From assembly GCA_051294905.1 (NCBI GenBank), contig CM119371.1, positions 9,736,001-9,800,000 of the forward strand: 64,000 bases of DNA. Direction: 5' to 3'. The translations under genes and the position numbers were made by a program. The stretch's first letter is position 1. The number at the start of each line of letters is the position of its first letter. Below the pieces are notes generated by a model that ran no database searches, had not been told where the DNA came from, and was given only the letters and a program-made list of their open reading frames with translations. This stretch comes from Botryllus schlosseri (Eukaryota). This document shows, in pieces, positions 35,301 through 44,702 of the stretch.

Positions 35301-37708
35301 TTTTGAAAAGTAGTTCTAATTGATAGGGTATGTTTCTCAGTCATAAGATCAATCACTACACGCTTTTGACATCCTACCCACTGCTTCAGTGCCTAATTTT
35401 ACCTATAAAATCAGAAATTTGCTTGTAACTTTTTTCTGTTCATTTTTAAGGGTAGGTTCTATGGAAGTGAGATAGAAACATGTTGCTTCTGCATCTTTTA
35501 AGCCCAAAACTGACTTTCTAGGGTGATGATCCAGATATTGCGAAATTAGCTGTTTTTGGCTCGTTCGGTGAAATTGCACGACCACTAGAGGGTGTACAAA
35601 CCCAAAATTATGATCTAATTTATTTGTTTGCTATTTGGCACCACATATCAAGACCCTTTTTTGAAATTCAAAAATTTTCCATTTTTCACTCCACCCTAAT
35701 ATAGAGCAGTAGTTCTGAACCTTTTTAACCTCGCGCACCGGTAAAATTTCAAAAAATGTTTGGCGGACCGGCGCACTTTCATAATTGAAATAAAGCTAAA
35801 ATGTAAAATATGCCACCGTGTATAGCAATTATATGGTGTTACTGAGTGACATTTAGAGGGTTTTACTCGTAATATATTTCTTGTGATTTCATGGTAGCGA
35901 GTCTGCTGAGTCGAGATAAAATTGCCTTGTCCAGACGAACCTGCTACCACCGAGAGTCGTTTATAGTCTTTCGCGCCAAAATCCGTGGGTTTAACCAACC
36001 ACGCCAATTCAAATAATATTCTTCTCTTTGGCAATATCGAGAAAGGAAGCATTTCGGAGTCGAAACAAGCCCTTTGTCGTGCTATCATGCTCATTGCCCA
36101 CCGCCACCAGACGCAGGCTACTCTCGCAACTACGAACCAATGCGTACCGCAAGTAAATACTTTACAGCAGCTATAAGGGTCGTTTGCAAATCCGGACCGA
36201 AAAAGCACTTCGTCCGCCGACGCCGAAAAACGTTGGTTTTAAGCCCCCACAGGGCGAACTTCTTGGGGCTTCGCTCGCAGACCCTACAGTTGGGTCGATG
36301 TTTTCACCCATACTTGTGAGTACATTCATTCTGCACAGTATAAACAGAGCGTTTATGTAATATGTAGCTCAATCGCGCCAACAGCGAAAATTTTCGATCA
36401 TTCATGATTGAATCGACTTTCTCGCTGTTCAACAATCGTTGTGATGTACGAAGATGTACGAAGATTGTTTGAACGGATAACGCAACACATTCCCAAATTG
36501 ATTCGCTCAAAAACTTGCGCAAATGACCGTACGGAGTTCGCACGACAATGCAAATCAGCCGCCAAAACCGACTGTTACGACGATTACCAAGCATTAGCTT
36601 CGGCAATTGGCCAACATTTAAGTGAGAACCCTTCTTGTGCTCAAAACTATAATGACCAAATGTTTACAGTCATTGCGCGAGGCAGATCCTTGTTTCATTT
36701 GAAAGCCCTAGAATCAACAATCATCCAATTGACCAAGCCTATTTTATGTAGACAAGAAGATTTTCTGTATAACTTACAAATTTCCCATTAGTGCGTTCTA
36801 ATTCGTGTTTGTTATTGTTTGGTTTCAAAATTGCTATGTTACTAGTATCGTACTCTTCAAGTTTGTTATTGTTGCCATCGTTAAATTGCGGACTTCATGG
36901 TATGTAATTTCTGATTGTTGCGTCATACTTCGCCTTTCTGGTTTTGCTTTTCATTCTGTTTAAATCCCTTTAGTGTGCCGTTAACTCTTGAAAAGAGGCA
37001 CCCGAAAAGTCTTCGAGTTGAATAAATATTTTACTACAATGGATGTTGTATTGAAAGCTATCTTTAGTAACTACTTTTAGAATCTGTCATTCGTTCTTCC
37101 ACTTTAAGCGGCCTCGAAATATGTTGAAAATTTAGCGGTAATCACGCAGAAATTCACCTTTCTCCTTCTACTACTGCTTAAGTATAGCAACGCTGACTAT
37201 ACGTTGAGGTTGGCCACCTCTGCTTATAATGGTCACATCAGGATTAATATACAAAAGATTACCTCAGTTGCGGTCACTGATTCGTATATCGTCCGAATGT
37301 GGTCTGAATGCTCACCTGCAGGTACACCGTTCGGAATTATCTTCGGAATTAGGAAAGATCCGTGTTAGTAGTATTGATAAAGTAACCAGAAATGCAACAG
37401 TTGAGCACAAGGCGCTTATTCTCCAAACATTCATCCAATTTCTCTTCTTAGGCTCCTGTGCTATACTGACATTGCCGTATGACTGATTTATCCTTGGCTT
37501 TGAAGCAAGGCCAACTGTAATATTTTATCGTGAGGTTTTTAGTAGGCCAACATGGAAAGAAGGATCAGGCATATATGTTTCCCTAACACTTATACTCGAA
37601 AACCACCGATATATAATTTCTCCGTAAGTATAGATGAAAATACTCACATTTAGTGTAGTCCTGATTTACTCTGCGCAGAGTTTTTTCGTGTGTATGTTCA
37701 TCTTCCAT
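2246..37708 (-). CDS. Gene A: type II transmembrane intelectin-like lectin whose intelectin domain is split by a ~280-aa inserted module (multi-exon; stalk exons unresolved)
   Basis: Hand-spliced GT-AG exons with compatible phases: 37648-37708, 37316-37514, [stalk unresolved], 32715-32825, 32500-32629, 29278-29369, 28875-29037, 28596-28738, 14054-14153, 13750-13846, 13276-13378, 11844-12008, 10097-10230, 9938-10032, 6444-6615, 4848-4933, 2246-2349. Intelectin motifs: YCEMETDGGGWTLVASIHE, DDYKNEGYY, VWHV, QFRAYN..ANALCPG.RVTG, CVGG, CGD, LIFYR*. Confidence 0.8.
3089..3977. mobile_element. hAT (Buster/Charlie-like) MITE with GGCCCGC subterminal repeats
   Basis: CAGGGGCGGGCAAC..GTTGCGCGCCCCTA; TSD CTCTACAT/CTTTACAT. 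Confidence 0.85.
4146..4310. repeat. ~80-bp-arm near-perfect inverted repeat with 5-nt loop
   Basis: TTCGCCATATCC..CTTTGTT CTCGC AACAAAG..GGATATGGCGAA; one 2-nt indel and one mismatch. Confidence 0.95.
4848..4933 (-). CDS. Gene A intelectin C-half exon 2 (VTGVQPEYACVGGVSNDISTYGTCGDYA)
   Basis: Matches VTGCNTEHHCIGG..CGDF; 86 nt; paralog at 49541-49626. Confidence 0.95.
5162..5475. mobile_element. Mutator-like foldback MITE with 16-bp subterminal repeats
   Basis: 9-bp direct repeat GTCACGATC (5153-5161, 5476-5484); degenerate GACATTACCGAGAATG units; homologous to 57031-57379. Confidence 0.7.
6444..6615 (-). CDS. Gene A intelectin C-half exon 1 (QSDADSVTVPVTFDQG..GHLQFRAYNLNGYANALCPGI)
   Basis: Matches intelectin [32 protein letters not shown]; 172 nt; paralog at 50944-51115. 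Confidence 0.95.
7540..7861. mobile_element. Partial hAT MITE, inverted relative of 21999-22445
   Basis: Ends GAGGACGTATGGTAACCCTA with GAGGAC repeats; left boundary approximate. Confidence 0.6.
8239..9701 (-). mobile_element. Internally deleted hAT (Buster/Charlie-like) element
   Basis: CAGGGGTC..GACCCATG ends with AAGAGCCATA subterminal motifs; TSD CCATATAC/TCATATAA; minus-strand remnant IKTDVRSHITDESL resembles a transposase C-terminus. Confidence 0.65.
9938..10032 (-). CDS. Gene A inserted-module exon 7 (DNGMIYTKSDVDAVAETILKSVHTFQHDLMK)
   Basis: 95 nt, phase 2 to 1; paralogous 95-nt exon at 52922-53016. Confidence 0.9.
10097..10230 (-). CDS. Gene A inserted-module exon 6 (VWNSKHPS..GSPARILFGYILLS)
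   Basis: 134 nt, phase 0 to 2; paralog at 53084-53216. Confidence 0.9.
11317..11633. mobile_element. hAT MITE
   Basis: TAGGGCTGCATTT..AAATGCAACCCTA; TSD TTCGTACC/TTCGTGCC. Confidence 0.85.
11844..12008 (-). CDS. Gene A inserted-module exon 5 (VYSNRIEG..QKLKTECRFSFYVSSTE)
   Basis: 165 nt, phase 0-0; paralogous 165-nt exon at 55199-55363. Confidence 0.9.
13276..13378 (-). CDS. Gene A inserted-module exon 4 (WPCQSTSFSTLTSPSMALILVRNDDGYSSDYAIQ)
   Basis: TTCCAG/GTGAGT sites; paralogous 103-nt exon at 63783-63885. Confidence 0.9.
13750..13846 (-). CDS. Gene A inserted-module exon 3 (EFDLNFPHEMQNNSFGEKYPIVKNHRYTLER)
   Basis: GCTTTAG acceptor, GTATGA donor, phase 1 to 2, compatible with its neighbours. 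Confidence 0.6.
14054..14153 (-). CDS. Gene A inserted-module exon 2, candidate (IFLQSTVNFALPS..MQFGRKIKI)
   Basis: Phase 0 to 1 links the flanking exons exactly; strong GTAAGC donor, weak acceptor. Confidence 0.5.
16827..20880 (-). mobile_element. Near full-length R4/Dong-clade non-LTR retrotransposon (RT plus restriction-like endonuclease), inactive
   Basis: Single broken ORF 20787-17098: Myb-like RHRWSEEE, RT (GIFQGDSFSPLLF, LFMDDLKLYA), degenerate zinc knuckle, RHN and NRPDI motifs. Two frameshifts (~19230, ~18580), two TGA stops (18879, 17848); (TAA)n tail. Confidence 0.9.
20919..21876 (-). mobile_element. 5'-truncated RNase H-bearing LINE (I/Nimb/Ingi-like group)
   Basis: ELIAI..ILSDCLSA..WIPAHCGIEHNEIADQLAR (RNase H), RLRSGH, and CEQC..ETVDHYLMNC knuckle; stop at 21160; (TAA)n tail 20919-20940. 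Confidence 0.9.
21965..25290 (-). mobile_element. 5'-truncated Tx1/L1-clade LINE (ORF2), inactive
   Basis: End of APE endonuclease (LSDH), RT (NYRPVSLLNTDYKIL, IDFKKAYDSVDH, GIKQGDPIS, catalytic YADD changed to YADG), and zf-RVT CELC..ETHTHLFSKC; frameshifts near 25180, 23350 and 22610. Confidence 0.9.
21999..22445. mobile_element. hAT MITE inserted in the 3' region of the Tx1-like LINE
   Basis: TAGGCTTACCATA..TATGGTAAGCCTA; perfect TSD GGCATACA (21991-21998, 22446-22453). Confidence 0.95.
26303..28365 (+). mobile_element. Internally deleted hAT DNA transposon with decayed transposase
   Basis: TIR TAGGGTTCTGGTTTAAATCA / TGATTTAAACCGGAACCCTA; perfect TSD AGGAGAAG; remnants WILDPRVRG and PKLSRLAFR/AASCE resemble the hAT dimerisation region. 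Confidence 0.9.
28596..28738 (-). CDS. Gene A inserted-module exon 1 (DYRATILHAVSQ..GWYNYSMPDYTTDRITDHDMFGNYGHM)
   Basis: TTTTCAG acceptor in phase 1, GTAGGC donor in phase 0, open frame, separated from the previous exon by a 136-nt intron. Confidence 0.75.
28875..29037 (-). CDS. Gene A intelectin N-half exon 4 (ASDVMVWHVR..KYRSTNQFLQKYGGNLKNLFSDHFPIAAGN)
   Basis: Matches intelectin AKDLGIWHVP..RYRT..FLQ..GHNLF..YP; TTTACAG acceptor, GTAAGA donor, ends phase 1. Confidence 0.95.
29278..29369 (-). CDS. Gene A intelectin N-half exon 3 (KTNWENKITFGNVRDCMRDDYKNEGYYKIN)
   Basis: Matches intelectin NWANYNTFG..DDYKNPGYY; CAG acceptor, GTAAGT donor. Confidence 0.95.
29838..30699. mobile_element. hAT MITE with (GGAGCC)n subterminal repeats, containing a nested MITE at 30270-30571
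   Basis: C(G)GGGCTTTGGAGC..GCTCCAAAGCCCTG; TSD TTTACGAG/ATAACGAG; inner CAGAGATGGCCAACC..GGTTGGCCACCCCTG with ATATAGAT/ATATTGAC. Confidence 0.8.
31285..32401. mobile_element. hAT MITE (GCGTACCAC family) with a nested GGCCCGC-type MITE at 31451-31970
   Basis: CAGTGGTTGCCAACC..GGTTGGGAACCACCG; related copies near 40494-40830 and 59213-59632; TSDs degraded. Confidence 0.7.
32500..32629 (-). CDS. Gene A intelectin N-half exon 2 (AYCEMETDGGGWTLVASIHESEITAKCAHDDRWS..)
   Basis: Hallmark fibrinogen-like/intelectin motif; TAG acceptor, GTATGA donor, 130 nt. Confidence 0.95.
32715..32825 (-). CDS. Gene A intelectin N-half exon 1 (GTIYPTSETCLDLKHRG..NGTELYE)
   Basis: Aligns to the intelectin SCKEIK..DGLY..NG.IYQ region; GTATTG donor, phase 0; exact acceptor uncertain. 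Confidence 0.8.
36020..37060 (+). mobile_element. Penelope-like element 3' remnant (GIY-YIG endonuclease C-terminus plus terminal region)
   Basis: RLFERITQHIP..SAIGQHLSENPSCAQNYND..RSLFHLKALES..KPILCRQ..LYNL is a typical Penelope endonuclease end; hammerhead motif downstream; 5' boundary approximate. Confidence 0.8.
36981..37021 (+). ncRNA. Minimal type I hammerhead ribozyme-like motif
   Basis: Stem I TTAACTC/GAGTTGA, core TTGAAAA (U3-A8 variant of CUGANGA), short stem II, GAAA, near-palindromic stem III, TC cleavage site at 37013-37014. Confidence 0.65.
37316..37514 (-). CDS. Gene A transmembrane exon (..KKRNWMNVWRISALCSTVAFLVTLSILLTRIFPNSEDNSERCTC)
   Basis: ATTACAG acceptor, GTGAGC donor, 199 nt open; basic residues followed by a ~20-aa hydrophobic stretch. 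Confidence 0.7.
37648..37708 (-). CDS. Gene A first coding exon (MEDEHTHEKTLRRVNQDYTK)
   Basis: ATG in AAAATGG context, GTGAGT donor, phase 1 joins the next exon in frame (T+TT=Phe). Confidence 0.6.
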
Positions 37709-38622
37709 TTTATAGTCCTATGAGACTTCGAAAGTTATACAAAACACAAAAATATGAAGGTGGGTTATGATTAGACGCTGGCTTAGAAAACATCAAATAT
37801 CCCGCGAAAAAATGTATATCAAATTTGCCCTATTCATTCAGACTGGTCTTGCATAACTCCCCATGCAATTATTACTCCAAATATCGAAAGTGTTCAGGAA
37901 AAACAAATCATTCAACTATATGTGGTATCGCAAATACGACCTCCGGGTTTTTCTGCCCTGATAGCATAGATATGAAATGATATCATAGTAATAGACGGCA
38001 AATCTGTATGTAATCCTACAATGCAATCTGGATCAATCGACCAACATTTGTTTGTCTTCGCTATCCGCTTGAAACTAAGATTGCAGTGTACTGATAATGT
38101 TGACTGCCCAGCGTTTCCCTACCATAATATATCGTTTCATTAAGTCCGTGAACGAACCGGAAATTCATAGGAATACACATCGATAATGTTTCATCATTCA
38201 TAATGGGATATGAGGGGAAGGTACGTTGATATAAGAACACAGTTCACTGATACGAATATGATGCAGACTATAAATAATAACCGGAATTTGTACCATGGAA
38301 TGAGGGGGAAATGAAGTCATTGACTATTTCCTGTACAAAATTGTTGTTGTTAGCTTGTGGCCCATTTATCACATATGAGGGTAAATCTGTCTTGAGCATC
38401 TAAATAAGTGCTTAATTCGATATAAAGTACAGTGAGCCCGTAACTGTTGTCGTTTGGAAGCAATTCTAGAAAATGTTGGTAGCTATACGCTACCATTATA
38501 TACGTAGCAAAATCAAATTCACCACCAAGCCGTACGTCTTACAATATTCCTTCTACAGCCCGATTTAGGCTTAATTAGATTGTTTATACTTATTACTCTT
38601 TGTGTAGAAAAATATGTTTGAT

Positions 38623-39544
38623 CAGTGGTTCTCAACCTTTTTGTCTTCGCAGACCCCCGCGGACCCCATCATGTTTTCGTTCAAAATTAGCACAATTATC
38701 GTGCAATCGTCATCTGTCTCGTGCAAATATTTATTGCATGCTAGTGATAAACTTCCACAAAATGACTTTTCTTGAAAATTGCAGCACACTATATGTAGAA
38801 AATGGGTGGACTTTTAATATTTCAAAGGGAATTTTCCAGCTGTATTTATTGTCTTGAAAATCCGCGTCTTCGATTTGATATGAACGAGTGCCGAAAATCC
38901 ATTTCCTCAAACATATATTGGTGGCGAATGTAATATTACCGCGCAACGCTTCTGACGGCAGCTGTTAGTCTGAATTTTTAATGAACATATTACGTCCAGC
39001 CTAGTCATTTTATCTAGCATCTCTTATTGCAGTTATTTCGTGGTTATATCACAGAAGAAAATAAATTTCGTGGGGAGAATTCAATTCATTCATTGGGACA
39101 GATTGTGTGAAAACTCATGAATTTCTCTTTTAAACGTCTGTTTACTAGTTTGCTGAGACTGGCAAAAACACCAAATCCAAAATGTTTTGCAAGCATTACG
39201 AAGTCACCCTGTTAAATTTTGCTATCTCCAACATTTCATTTTCCCACAAACACAATGCAACAAAACATCTCTAAACAGTAATAGGTTTGCACCCTCCGGC
39301 TATTGGCAATTCGTCAATTAAAATGAGTTTGCACAGTCGGATATTTCATTTCAGACAACCATTTGAATGATGTTAATTCTAAAGTTGCAGCAATTACGAA
39401 GCGAAACTGGCTCATGATTTTCCTATTTTAAAAATAAATTAAAATTATGTTGTCAATCATTTTACAAATTTTGAGGCTTCACGGGCCTCTGAAAATGCTT
39501 CACGGACCCCCAAGGGTCGGCGGACCCTCGGTTGAGAACCACTG
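38623..39544. mobile_element. hAT MITE
   Basis: CAGTGGTTCTCAACC..GGTTGAGAACCACTG; TSD TGTTTGAT/TGTTAGAT. Confidence 0.9.
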
Positions 39545-41180
39545 TGTTAGATAGTAAAGATAAGTTGGCAATATTTCAGTCTGTTTTCAATATCGTACGA
39601 TTGCCATATTAGCCATCCCGCAGTTGGCTACCCGGGTCTATATAAATGTGTGTTAATCATGAAATGAGTCTTATGTAAGTAATAATTATTCAAAAAGGTG
39701 TAAGTGTTGGCTGTGATAACACAAAGATGCCGAACGTTGTTCTTGAAAGATATGTTAATTTGTGTACTGCATAGATAAGAAGTCAATGAAGCCTAAACCT
39801 ATCCAAAAAATACGTCATCAATTATTCGGATTGTGTGGGTTTGTATAGCAATTCATTTCTGATTTTACCGCCCACCGTAGATTCCAATCGGCCAAGATAC
39901 CTTGGTACGGTGAAACATTTTTTCGAATTTTGTCAGAAAATGAACCAAATGTGCTACTCGCGACATTGATGCTCCGATTCAAGTGCGGTTTAACTATTTT
40001 GTGCATTCTAAATGAGAACACACGTCGCGATGACGTAACATCTCAATTCAGTGGCCAAGTGATATTGTTGCGAGTGAATATTGTTCTTGGGTTCTCCCTT
40101 TAGGCTTCGATGGAATCACTGCACGAAAACCCCGGGAAAAGCAACGAACTTCTTGCGATATCTGTGATTTTTCTACTGCAGTGATTTCAGTGCCTAATTA
40201 ATTAATCAATAATACGATACGCTGAAGGCAAAATATTGAAGTTCTGTACCTCCAAGAAGCTCTTCGAATACAAAAGTGATAAGTTTTTTCATTTTCTTTT
40301 TATATACTATTCGATTGTATATTGAAGTTCTGTACCTCAAGGAAGCTGTTTTCTTTGTATAAACCAAAGTCCAGCTGGCTGATGAGAATGAAATTCTCTT
40401 TTTTAAGTGCGAATGGAGCTTAACAGGGCTGGAAAGCACTGCTCTATATATTCAAAGAATTCAATCTCTATTATTACTAGTTAACGCTAACAGCAGTGGT
40501 TCCTAACCTTTTCCCATCCAAGTACCAATTCGAGGCTTTATGTAGTACTCGCGTACCACACAAGTTACGCACGCCGAAAGCGGTCAAACATGTTGCCCCC
40601 GTCTTGAGCTGCGGAAGGCAGCGAAACAGAAAAATAACTGCCCAGTTTAAGGTCCATTTGGAATTCTTGTGATCAAATATATAAAAAGCGGAATTTGGTC
40701 AGGTAAGAACCCAAATTCTTTACGACTATAGATCTCTTCCCCGTAGGCCGTCATTGGTGGTTATTGCCCCTACGACGACGACGGCTTCAAAAAACTCAAA
40801 ATCAGCCCCCCTTAAACTAATAACTCCCTTTAGTCAAAATCTACTACAAATAGATATTTTGGTTCCATCAGGCAACGCGTAGCATTGGCGGGATTAGGTG
40901 TACCCTATCCGATCGTGAGATTACAAGGAAAATTATCGAGGATGACTAATATTTTTGGCTTATTTTACATACAGTTTTTATTTGAAATGTCTGAATTATC
41001 ACATGCTGTGAAAAATGATCAATCTCACGTTGGATCTGATCGATGTTTTCATTTGGTCATCTAAATTCCTATCCGTAGGAACAGTGACAGTCCAAGATGG
41101 GGATGTCATGTCTTACTGATGAAAGCTATAATGCGGGGTCTGAAAGCTATAATGCACATGTACTGTAGTAAGTTATGAAT

Positions 41181-41452
41181 ATTATTACATTCTTTATTCA
41201 CAGTAAAACTGATAAATACACACATAATAAGGGGAGCAACCAGCCCCATTGGAAAATGGCGAGATTGGAGTAATTTTTTTAAATTTCCGTGATACAGTCA
41301 AGTTATTATTTCTATGCAATACATGGAGATGTCAGATTACGGGATTGCAGTAGATGAAGAATTGACGACGGTTACAGAGCAGAGGTAGAGATGATTGAAA
41401 ATAAAGAATCGAAATTACAGAAATTATGCTGTGATTCACAAGTGGAATTTTA
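41181..41452 (-). mobile_element. 5'-truncated copy (3' UTR only) of the Dong-like element
   Basis: Colinear with 16830-17100; flanked by TATTATTA on both sides. Confidence 0.9.
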
Positions 41453-43053
41453 TTATTATCACGCCATATCTGGACATGTAGTGTTACCGGAGATCAAGTC
41501 TAAATTTGTAAGTGGGCCGGCCCAGAAGTCAAGAAAATTATTTCAAGTATATTCACGATTGGACATTGTGAACTTGACGAATTGTGTCGTACATCATGGT
41601 GTCAAATCAACAGCATGCATCAAAATACCTGTAAAAAGATACAAAACAGCGACGTGTTCATCTAATGTCCACGTCACCGCTGAAACCGGGGATCATTTGC
41701 ATTATATTCGCTTAAAATAGTAACAGCCAGTGAGCATAAGTAATTGAGTCGGATTGCAGTGTGCTCTATTAAAAACAGCTCGTGCTTCCGCTTCAAGAGT
41801 TTGTACAACTTGGCAGACCGCTAACGACTCTTGCCATAGATCACTCCATTGATTGGTGCATCAACGGCAACAGTATTGTTTGCAAAAGTAGGATTTTGTT
41901 CCGGGAAATGGCAACATGTTGTCTTAACAGACGCTGCAGTACAAGAATGCTAAGACTCACCGACACCACTCCACCCACATTGCTGCGATCGTACTACATG
42001 CAACACATGATAGAATGATGTAAACGCTTTGCACCAGCCGACTGTAATCCAACTAGTGAAACCACTGACAATTTAGTATAGGAAGATTCAACAGCGCTTC
42101 ACATATTTGCACCAGTTTCCATATCACTCGCGTTCCAAAGTTTGTAGACCACCGCCTCAAACAACATCCATTCATTGAATATGTCAGTCATGTGAAGACA
42201 GAGTAATCACCGAGATAGAACTTACATATATCGACACTTTTAATCTAATAATACTCACTTGCTATAACTACGACGTTGGTGATCTTCAACAAGTTTATTA
42301 ATCAACGACGCGGGGCATGCAACTTTTATACAAGGGGGGTGACGTTTGAGAAACATCATGTTCGTTCACTGCGAACAATAATATGTATGTCTGGGTATAC
42401 CCGTACATTCCGTTGTATTGTGTTGTGGATGTGAATGAATATTGAGGTATAATTATTGCTGTGACTACATATCCTGTTTATATCGAAACAATGGAGGCTT
42501 TGGTGACTTCATTATGTTATACTACAGGGTAAAAGTGTACTACAGAGCGAACCTTTGTCCGAAGTGCTGTTCCATTCACTGCGAATAATGTGAACGGACA
42601 CACGCAATATTTCGTTGCATTGTTTTTTTTTTTTGCGATATCACTGAATATTTGTGTGAAAAATTGTTCCTACTACATTAGTTGTTCGTATTCAAACAAT
42701 ACCGCTTTATATATTGGGTAGAAGCATGTAAGAGCGTGTTTCACTTTCTGACTGCATACAGTTTCTTATCATAACTGTGTAAATCCGTTTGCTTTATTCT
42801 ATCCCCGAAATGCGCACTTTGAACTTACGTCAGTTGCTGCAAAATATCGTCACTTCTCCCCTGTCGATCCAAATCGATATCGCTGTGACCCGCAGGTCTC
42901 TGTATATAATTGTATCCAATCGCGTGGTCATTGTATATTTGCCATTGTATTGTCCTCCAACGAATATGCCTCTACATAGTGATTCGTAACATTGTATATT
43001 ATGCATTAGTTAAGGGTTTACAGTTTACACCAGATATGATCTTTAAACCTTAA

Positions 43054-44702
43054 GGCCCTAAGGTGCAGCTAGACTTGCAAAATTTTCAAATTGCAATATT
43101 TTCTAAACAGTCGAACCTAGATTCTCAAAAATTGGTGTGTGAACTATTCATACTCAACTTCATATACTGTATAAATTTCAGCATTTCACAATAATTCCTT
43201 GGGCCCAAATTGGGGGGGAGATTGGTTAATCGGACGGTTAGTACCAGGAAACGCCTGTCTCATCGATGGATGCTGAGAGATTCTAACCAATGCTTCATAA
43301 AGTGTCCTGAGGCCTGTAAGCACCTGGTGAACTACTTGAAACTAACGAATTTTCGAAAAAATTAACAAAATATTTGTTTTGTACCAGTACAGTGCTGGAT
43401 TTTCGATTTTTTTAAATAAAATTCAGATAATAAGTAGCATTGCAAGTACACTGAAACTCCTATAGCAAAAACAATAAGTTCACCAGGTAGAACATTCTTA
43501 CTGCTTGTACTGAGCCAAGTTTGATAAGAATTGAAGGTCTTCTGATATCAAAATTTCCTCTCCCCGTGACATCATATTACGAAAAACTAGAAATGGGAGA
43601 AAATCAACTTTGAAAATTGAAAAATATTTTGGTGAAAAAGTAAAGCAGGTATTTGAAATTTATTGCTTTTAAATGGTGCAGGCATGCTTTAATCAGTACA
43701 TAGCCAAATTTGAAGACAATTGAATGTGCCTAAATGCAAAATAAGTCGTGTAGAGTATGAGTGATTTGATCACTTTTTACTCAAAACTGCTATACCACAC
43801 TTAAAATTTGCAAACCTTGATTGGAAAATAGTTAGATGTTGTCAAAATGAAACAACATATCAAGAATACTGCGACATTGTCAAAATACCCATTTCAGTTG
43901 GTATGAGTCAAGATACTACACTCATATTTTCCCCCGAGATCTTTCGAACATACAATTTTTAGCATCAATGTCATCATAACACTCCGGCACTAATTTGAGT
44001 TGCATAACCGTTATGCATAGCCTGTGCAGTTCCAATATCCTTTTCCGGATGAGCCACAGTCAGGCAATTCACAATATTTAGAACAACTGTATCAAAAATG
44101 TAGAAATTGCGAGGAAAAACGATTCCGCCGAATCCAAACCACCATTATCAGATGTTGAAAGCTCCAATCTTTTTCAAATGATTTCTTCGATTATTCAGTT
44201 CAGGAACCACTGGTTCTTTTCTATCATGGTTTCATCTTTTCCTATGCCAAATGACTTCGTAGTGTATGGCTTTGTCCTAATCGTCAATTAAGCTATCAAC
44301 AATATACCAAGGCATCTTGAAAAATATACAATATGATAAACAACGCTCATAATATCAACAGCTTTCAGCTCTTCCCAGGTTAGCGATCGGCAGCTTGGCT
44401 GCTGGCCAGCTGTATGTTTTGATAGTAACGCCTCATCGATCAGACATATGGCTCTTCTATTTATTGTATAAAATCAGCATTGCAGAGTGCTTATAGACAA
44501 TTTTGAGCGAGTTTGAATGAACGAAAGTGTATGGGGAGTGACTTTCTCAGAAAATGGGATATTTCAAGTCGTATTTTAACATACTTCTAATTCGAAATCA
44601 GACAAGAGCAATGCATTTTTGAAAAGAACTAGTTTCATAATTTAAGATTCTGCAATAAAATAAATTTGGAAAATTTTGTGATTCCAGCTGCACCTTAGGG
44701 CC
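43054..44702. mobile_element. Non-autonomous DNA transposon with ~20-bp TIRs (PIF/Harbinger- or Kolobok-like)
   Basis: GGCCCTAAGGTGCAGCT..AGCTGCACCTTAGGGCC; flanks TAA/TAT; no ORF. Confidence 0.7.

Noticed and set aside
39901..40010. Exon-like segment upstream of gene A (MHKIVKPHL..SPYQ)
   Set aside because: Its phase-1 end gives stop codons when joined to the downstream candidate exons. It could be UTR but is unsupported.
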